DNA from: Auanema rhodensis
Taxonomy: Eukaryota; Animalia; Nematoda
Direction: 5' to 3'
DNA: 64,000 nucleotides
NCBI GenBank assembly: GCA_964057225.1
Contig: OZ059900.1
Location: forward strand, 22,878,001-22,942,000
A model generated the notes under the pieces. That model saw nothing but the letters and a program-made list of their open reading frames with translations, searched no databases and was not told where the DNA came from. This document shows positions 56,644 through 64,000 of this stretch, in pieces; position 1 is the first letter of the stretch, and every line of letters begins with the position of its first letter. The position numbers were made by a program, and so were the translations under genes.

Positions 56644-56836
56644 TTTTAGCATATTCTGAGGGCACGCCCCTTATGGCTAATATTGATTAAATCGATTTTT
56701 GTTCATATGAGTCGTCAAATGCAACAAATTTCAGCGTGTTACATACTAAAATGAAGCATTTTACAAGCTGAACACTAGAAAAATACAAAAACACAGTTTT
56801 TCCCATGAGAAATATTTTATTATGCTGGAAAACCAG
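56644..56836. repeat. Second copy of the truncated 193-bp monomer
   Basis: Identical junction cagttttagcatattc at 56641 with the same linked variants (gcaacaaattt, ttacaagctg); the next monomer starts at 56837. Confidence 0.95.
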
Positions 56837-59800
56837 TTTTTGGAAATTTCGCTGTAAACAAGGTTTTGACTTACGATTTCATGTGTTCAAACTCATGCAA
56901 TGTCAATGAAACCTAGCTCAAAATTGTTTGTACAACGTCTAGTTCCACTTTCACGACAAAAAAACAGGGGTTAGAAAATTAAGGAAATTAGCATATTCTG
57001 AGGGCACGCCCCTTATGGCTAATATTGATTAAATCGATTTTTGTTCATATGAGTAGTCAAATGCAACGAATTTCAGCGTGTTACATACTTAAATGAAGCA
57101 TTTTACATGCTGAACACTAGAAAAATACAAAAACACAGTATTTCCCATGAGAAATATTTTATTATGCTGGAAACCAGTTTTTGGAATTTTCGCTGTAAAC
57201 AAGGTTTTGACTTACGATTTCATGTGTTCAAACTCATGCAATGTCAATGAAACCTAGCTCAAAATTGTTTGTACAACGTCTAGTTCCACTTTCACGACAA
57301 AAAAACAGGGGTTAGAAAATTTAGGAAATTAGCATATTCTGAGGGCACGCCCCTTATGGCTAATATTGATTAAATCGATTTTTGTTCATATAAGTCGTCA
57401 AATGCAACGAATTTCAGCGTGTTACATACTAAAATGAAGCATTTTACATGCTGAACACTAGAAAAATACAAAAACACAGTATTTCCCATGAGAAATATTT
57501 TATTATGCTGGAAAACCAGTTTTTGGAAATTTCGCTGTAAACAAGGTTATGACTTACGATTTCATGTGTTCAAACTCATGCAATGTCAATGAAACCTAGC
57601 TCAAAATTGTTCGTACAACGTCTAGTTCCACTTTCACGACAAAAAAACAGGGGTTAGAAAATTTAGGAAATTAGCATATTCTGAGGGCACGCCCCTTATG
57701 GCTAATATTGATTAAATCGATTTTTGTTCATATAAGTCGTCAAATGCAACGAATTTCAGCGTGTTACATACTAAAATGAAGTATTTTACATGCTGAACAC
57801 TAGAAAAATACAAAAACACAGTATTTCCCATGAGAAATATTTTATTATGCTGGAAAACCAGTTTTTGGAAATTTCGCTGTAAACAAGGTTATGACTTACG
57901 ATTTCATGTGTTCAAACTCATGCAATGTCAATGAAACCTAGCTCAAAATTGTTCGTACAACGTCTAGTTCCACTTTCACGACAAAAAAACAGGGGTTAGA
58001 AAATTTAGGAAATTAGCATATTCTGAGGGCACGCCCCTTATGGCTAATATTGATTAAATCGATTTTTGTTCATATGAGTCGTCAAATGCAACGAATTTCA
58101 GCGTGTTACATACTAAAATGAAGTATTTTACATGCTGAACACTAGAAAAATACAAAAACACAGTATTTCCCATGAGAAATATTTTATTATGCTGGAAAAC
58201 CAGTTTTTGGAAATTTCGCTGTAAACAAGGTTTTGACTTACGATTTCATGTGTTCAAACTCATGCAATGTCAATGAAACCTAGCTCAAAATTGTTCCTAC
58301 AACGTCTAGTTCCACTTTCACGACAAAAAACAGGGGTTAGAAAATTAAGGAAATTAGCATATTCTGAGGGCACGCCCCTTATGGCTAATATTGATTAAAT
58401 CGATTTTTGTTCATATGAGTCGTCAAATGCAACGAATTTCAGCGTGTTACATACTAAAATGAAGCATTTTACATGCTGAACACTAGAAAAATACGAAAAC
58501 ACAGTATTTCCCATGAGAAATATTTTATTATGCTGGAAAACCAGTTTTTGGAAATTTCGCTGTAAACAAGGTTTTGACTTACGATTTCATGTGTTCAAAC
58601 TCATGCAATGTCAAAGAAACCTGGCTCAAAACTGTTCGTACAACGTCTAGTTCCACTTTCACGACAAAAAAACAGGGGTTAGAAAATTTAGGAAATTAGC
58701 ATATTCTGAGGGCACGCCCCTTATGGCTAATATTGATTAAATCGATTTTTGTTCATATGAGTCGTCAAATGCAACGAATTTCAGCGTGTTACATACTAAA
58801 ATGAAGTATTTTACATGCTGAACACTAGAAAAATACAAAAACACAGTATTTCCCATAAGAAATATTTTATTATGCTGGAAAACCAGTTTTTGGAAATTTC
58901 GCTGTAAACAAGGTTTTGACTTACGATTTCATGTGTTCAAACTCATGCAATGTCAATGAAACCTAGCTCAAAACTGTTCGTACAACGTCTAGTTCCACTT
59001 TCACGACAAAAAAACAGGGGTTAGAAAATTAAGGAAATTAGCATATTCTGAGGGCACGCCCCTTATGGCTAATATTGATTAAATCGATTTTTGTTCATAT
59101 GAGTCGTCAAATGCAACGAATTTCAGCGTGTTACATACTAAAATGAAGCATTTTACATGCTGAACACTAGAAAAATACAAAAACACAGTATTTCCCATAA
59201 GAAATATTTTATTATGCTGGAAAACCAGTTTTTGGAATTTTCGCTGTAAACAAGGTTTTGACTTACGATTTCATGTGTTCAAACTCATGCAATGTCAATG
59301 AAACCTAGCTCAAAACTGTTCGTACAACGTCTAGTTCCACTTTCACGACAAAAAAACAGGGGTTAGAAAATTTAGGAAATTAGCATATTCTGAGGGCACG
59401 CCCCTTATGGCTAATATTGATTAAATCGATTTTTGTTCATATGAGTCGTCAAATGCAACGAATGTCAGCGTGTTACATACTAAAATGAAGTATTTTACAT
59501 GCTGAACACTAGAAAAATACAAAAACACAGTATTTCCCATAAGAAATATTTTATTATGCTGGAAAACCAGTTTTTGGAAATTTCGCTGTAAACAAGGTTT
59601 TGACTTACGATTTCATGTGTTCAAACTCATGCAATGTCAATGAAACCTAGCTCAAAACTGTTCGTACAACGTCTAGTTCCACTTTCACGACAAAAAAACA
59701 GGGGTTAGAAAATTTAGGAAATTAGCATATTCTGAGGGCACGCCCCTTATGGCTAATATTGATTAAATCGATTTTTGTTCATATGAGTCGTCAAATGCAA

Positions 59801-62800
59801 CGAATGTCAGCGTGTTACATACTAAAATGAAGTATTTTACATGCTGAACACTAGAAAAATACAAAAACACAGTATTTCCCATAAGAAATATTTTATTATG
59901 CTGGAAAACCAGTTTTTGGAAATTTCGCTGTAAACAAGGTTTTGACTTACGATTTCATGTGTTCAAACTCATGCAATGTCAATGAAACCTAGCTCAAAAC
60001 TGTTCGTACAACGTCTAGTTCCACTTTCACGACAAAAAAACAGGGGTTAGAAAATTTAGGAAATTAGCATATTCTGAGGGCACGCCCCTTATGGCTAATA
60101 TTGATTAAATCGATTTTTGTTCATATGAGTCGTCAAATGCAACGAATTTCAGCGTGTTACATACTAAAATGAAGTATTTTACATGCTGAACACTAGAAAA
60201 ATACAAAAACACAGTATTTCCCATAAGAAATATTTTATTATGCTGGAAAACCAGTTTTTGGAAATTTCGCTGTAAACAAGGTTTTGACTTACGATTTCAT
60301 GTGTTGAAACTCATGCAATGTCAATGAAACCTAGCTCAAAATTGTTCCTACAACGTCTAATTCCACTTTTACGACAAAAAAACAGGGGTTAGAAAATTAA
60401 GGAAATTAGCATATTCTGAGGGCACGCCCCTTATGGCTAATATTGATTAAATCGATTTTTGTTCATATGAGTCGTCAAATGCAACGAATTTCATCGTGTT
60501 ACATACTAAAATGAAGCATTTTACATGCTGAACACTAGAAAAATACAAAAACACAGTATTTCTCATGAGAAATATTTTATTATGCTGGAAAACCAGTTTT
60601 TGGAAATTTCGCTGTAAACAAGGTTTTGACTTACGATTTCATGTGTTCAAACTCATGCAATGTCAATGAAACCTAGCTCAAAATTGTTTGTACAACGTCT
60701 AGTTCCACTTTCACGACAAAAAAACAGGGGTTAGAAAATTAAGGAAATTAGCATATTCTGAGGGCACGCCCCTTATGGCTAATATTGATTAAATCGATTT
60801 TTGTTCATATGAGTAGTCAAATGCAACGAATTTCAGCGTGTTACATACTTAAATGAAGCATTTTACATGCTGAACACTAGAAAAATACAAAAACACAGTA
60901 TTTCCCATGAGAAATATTTTATTATGCTGGAAACCAGTTTTTGGAATTTTCGCTGTAAACAAGGTTTTGACTTACGATTTCATGTGTTCAAACTCATGCA
61001 ATGTCAATGAAACCTAGCTCAAAATTGTTCGTACAACGTCTAGTTCCACTTTCACGACAAAAAAACAGGGGTTAGAAAATTTAGGAAATTAGCATATTCT
61101 GAGGGCACGCCCCTTATGGCTAATATTGATTAAATCGATTTTTGTTCATATAAGTCGTCAAATGCAACGAATTTCAGCGTGTTACATACTAAAATGAAGT
61201 ATTTTACATGCTGAACACTAGAAAAATACAAAAACACAGTATTTCCCATGAGAAATATTTTATTATGCTGGAAACCAGTTTTTGGAATTTTCGCTGTAAA
61301 CAAGGTTTTGACTTACGATTTCATGTGTTCAAACTCATGCAATGTCAATGAAACCTAGCTCAAAATTGTTCGTACAACGTCTAGTTCCACTTTCACGACA
61401 AAAAAACAGGGGTTAGAAAATTTAGGAAATTAGCATATTCTGAGGGCACGCCCCTTATGGCTAATATTGATTAAATCGATTTTTGTTCATATAAGTCGTC
61501 AAATGCAACGAATTTCAGCGTGTTACATACTAAAATGAAGTATTTTACATGCTGAACACTAGAAAAATACAAAAACACAGTATTTCCCATGAGAAATATT
61601 TTATTATGCTGGAAAACCAGTTTTTGGAAATTTCGCTGTAAACAAGGTTATGACTTACGATTTCATGTGTTCAAACTCATGCAATGTCAATGAAACCTAG
61701 CTCAAAATTGTTCCTACAACGTCTAGTTCCACTTTCACGACAAAAAACAGGGGTTAGAAAATTAAGGAAATTAGCATATTCTGAGGGCACGCCCCTTATG
61801 GCTAATATTGATTAAATCGATTTTTGTTCATATGAGTCGTCAAATGCAACGAATTTCAGCCTGTTACATACTAAAATGAAGCATTTTACATGCTGAACAC
61901 TAGAAAAATACAAAAACACAGTATTTCCCATGAGAAATATTTTATTATGCTGGAAAACCAGTTTTTGGAAATTTCGCTGTAAACAAGGTTTTGACTTACG
62001 ATTTCATGTGTTCAAACTCATGCAATGTCAATGAAACCTAGCTCAAAACTGTTCCTACAACGTCTAGTTCCACTTTCACGACAAAAAAACAGGGGTTAGA
62101 AAATTAAGGAAATTAGCATATTCTGAGAGCACGACCCTTATGGCTAATATTGATTAAATCGATTTTTGTTCATATGAGTCGTCAAATGCAACGAATTTCA
62201 GCGTGTTACATACTAAAATGAAGCATTTTACATGCTGAACACTAGAAAAATACAAAAACACAGTATTTCCCATGAGAAATATTTTATTATGCTGGAAAAC
62301 CAGTTTTTGGAAATTTCGCTGTAAACAAGGTTTTGACTTACGATTTCATGTGTTCAAACTCATGCAATGTCAATGAAACCTGGCTCAAAACTGTTCGTAC
62401 AACGTCTAGTTCCACTTTCACGACAAAAAAACAGGGGTTAGAAAATTTAGGAAATTAGCATATTCTGAGGGCACGCCCCTTATGGCTAATATTGATTAAA
62501 TCGATTTTTGTTCATATGAGTCGTCAAATGCAACGAATTTCAGCGTGTTACATACTAAAATGAAGTATTTTACATGCTGAACACTAGAAAAATACAAAAA
62601 CACAGTATTTCCCATAAGAAATATTTTATTATGCTGGAAAACCAGTTTTTGGAAATTTCGCTGTAAACAAGGTTTTGACTTACGATTTCATGTGTTCAAA
62701 CTCATGCAATGTCAATGAAACCTAGCTCAAAATTGTTTGTACAACGTCTAGTTCCACTTTTACGACAAAAAAACAGGGGTTAGAAAATTAAGGAAATTAG

Positions 62801-63329
62801 CATATTCTGAGGGCACGCCCCTTATGGCTAATATTGATTAAATCGATTTTTGTTCATATGAGTCGTCAAATGCAACGAATTTCAGCGTGTTACATACTAA
62901 AATGAAGCATTTTACATGCTGAACACTAGAAAAATACAAAAACACAGTATTTCCCATAAGAAATATTTTATTATGCTGGAAAACCAGTTTTTGGAAATTT
63001 CGCTGTAAACAAGGTTTTGACTTACGATTTCATGTGTTCAAACTCATGCAATGTCAATGAAACCTAGCTCAAAACTGTTCGTACAACGTCTAGTTCCACT
63101 TTCACGACAAAAAAACAGGGGTTAGAAAATTTAGGAAATTAGCATATTCTGAGGGCACGCCCCTTATGGCTAATATTGATTAAATCGATTTTTGTTCATA
63201 TGAGTCGTCAAATGCAACGAATTTCAGCGTGTTACATACTAAAATGAAGTATTTTACATGCTGAACACTAGAAAAATACAAAAACACAGTATTTCCCATA
63301 AGAAATATTTTATTATGCTGGAAAACCAG

Positions 63330-63664
63330 TTTTTGGAAATTTCGCTGTAAACAAGGTTTTGACTTACGATTTCATATGTTCAAACTCATGCAATGTCAAT
63401 GAAACCTAGCTCAAAATTGTTCGTACAACGTCTAGTTCCACTTTCACGACAAAAAAACAGGGGTTAGAAAATTAAGGAAATTAGCATATTCTGAGGCCTT
63501 ATGGCTAATATTGATTAAATCGATTTTTGTTCATATGAGTCGTCAAATGCAACAAATTTCAGCGTGTTACATACTAAAATAAAGCATTTTACAAGCTGAA
63601 CACTAGAAAAATACAAAAACACAGTTTTTCCCATGAGAAATATTTTATTATGCTGGAAAACCAG
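63330..63664. repeat. 335-bp monomer with a 7-bp deletion
   Basis: ctgagggcacgccccttatgg is reduced to ctgaggccttatgg at 63491-63504. Confidence 0.95.
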
Positions 63665-64000
63665 TTTTTGGAAATTTCGCTGTAAACAAGGTTTTGACTT
63701 ACGATTTCATGTGTTCAAACTCATGCAATGTCAATGAAACCTAGCTCAAAATTGTTCGTACAACGTCTAGTTCCACTTTCACGACAAAAAAACAGGGGTT
63801 AGAAAATTTAGGAAATTAGCATATTCTGAGGGCACGCCCCTTATGGCTAATATTGATTAAATCGATTTTTGTTCATATGAGTCGTCAAATGCAACGAATT
63901 TCAGCGTGTTACATACTAAAATGAAGTATTTTACATGCTGAACACTAGAAAAATACAAAAACACAGTATTTCCCATGAGAAATACTTTATTATGCTGGAA

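Larger units (their letters stand above)
51605..56836. repeat. Two tandem copies of an 8-monomer HOR (2646 and 2586 bp), each ending in a 193-bp truncated monomer
   Basis: Same ordered variants in both copies (gttaatgaaatc, tgaaacatt, cccataag, ttacaattt, aacttagc, gcccatta, ggttatg, gttgaaac, an A8 tract, the deletion). Units start at 51605 and 54251; the 60-bp length difference equals the internal duplication in copy 1. Confidence 0.92.
1..64000. repeat. Tandem satellite DNA array, 342-bp monomer (about 187-188 copies, same orientation, running off both window ends); candidate centromeric or pericentromeric satellite
   Basis: The unit tttttggaaatttcgctgtaaacaagg...ttatgctggaaaaccag restarts at 1, 342, 684, 1026, 1368 and so on to the window end. 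Spacing is 342 bp (341/343 with 1-bp indels), and the ORF track recurs at multiples of 342. No unique sequence or inversion seen. The centromeric role is inference only. Confidence 0.99.

Noticed and set aside
1-64000. CRISPR array or other repeat-spacer system
   Set aside because: There are no unique spacers; the whole 342 bp is repeated, and no cas or other genes are present.
1-64000. Primate dimeric alpha satellite (2 x 171 bp)
   Set aside because: The length and box-like motif fit, but I see only short patchy resemblance to the alphoid consensus and the two halves are very diverged from each other. A BLASTN against alphoid consensus sequences would settle it.

Overview
The whole 64-kb window is one uninterrupted, head-to-tail, single-orientation satellite DNA array of about 187-188 copies of a 342-bp AT-rich monomer (about 34% GC by hand count). 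Copies differ by only a few substitutions or 1-bp indels. I see no genes, RNA genes, transposons or CRISPR array; the listed ORFs are satellite open frames switched on by single variants. The array looks eukaryotic and plausibly centromeric or pericentromeric, but I cannot name the organism or satellite family. The informative structure is: (i) a CENP-B-box-like 17-mer in each full monomer, with an allele closer to the canonical box carried by a 3-mer higher-order repeat (HOR); (ii) dense dyad symmetry, including a polymorphic perfect 18-bp palindrome; (iii) traces of an ancient dimeric monomer origin; (iv) local variant domains with 3-, 5-, 6-, 8-, 10- and 12-monomer periodicities; (v) structural variants: a 60-bp internal duplication, a 149-bp deletion present twice, and a 7-bp deletion at a GC hairpin. 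All coordinates and counts were read by eye.
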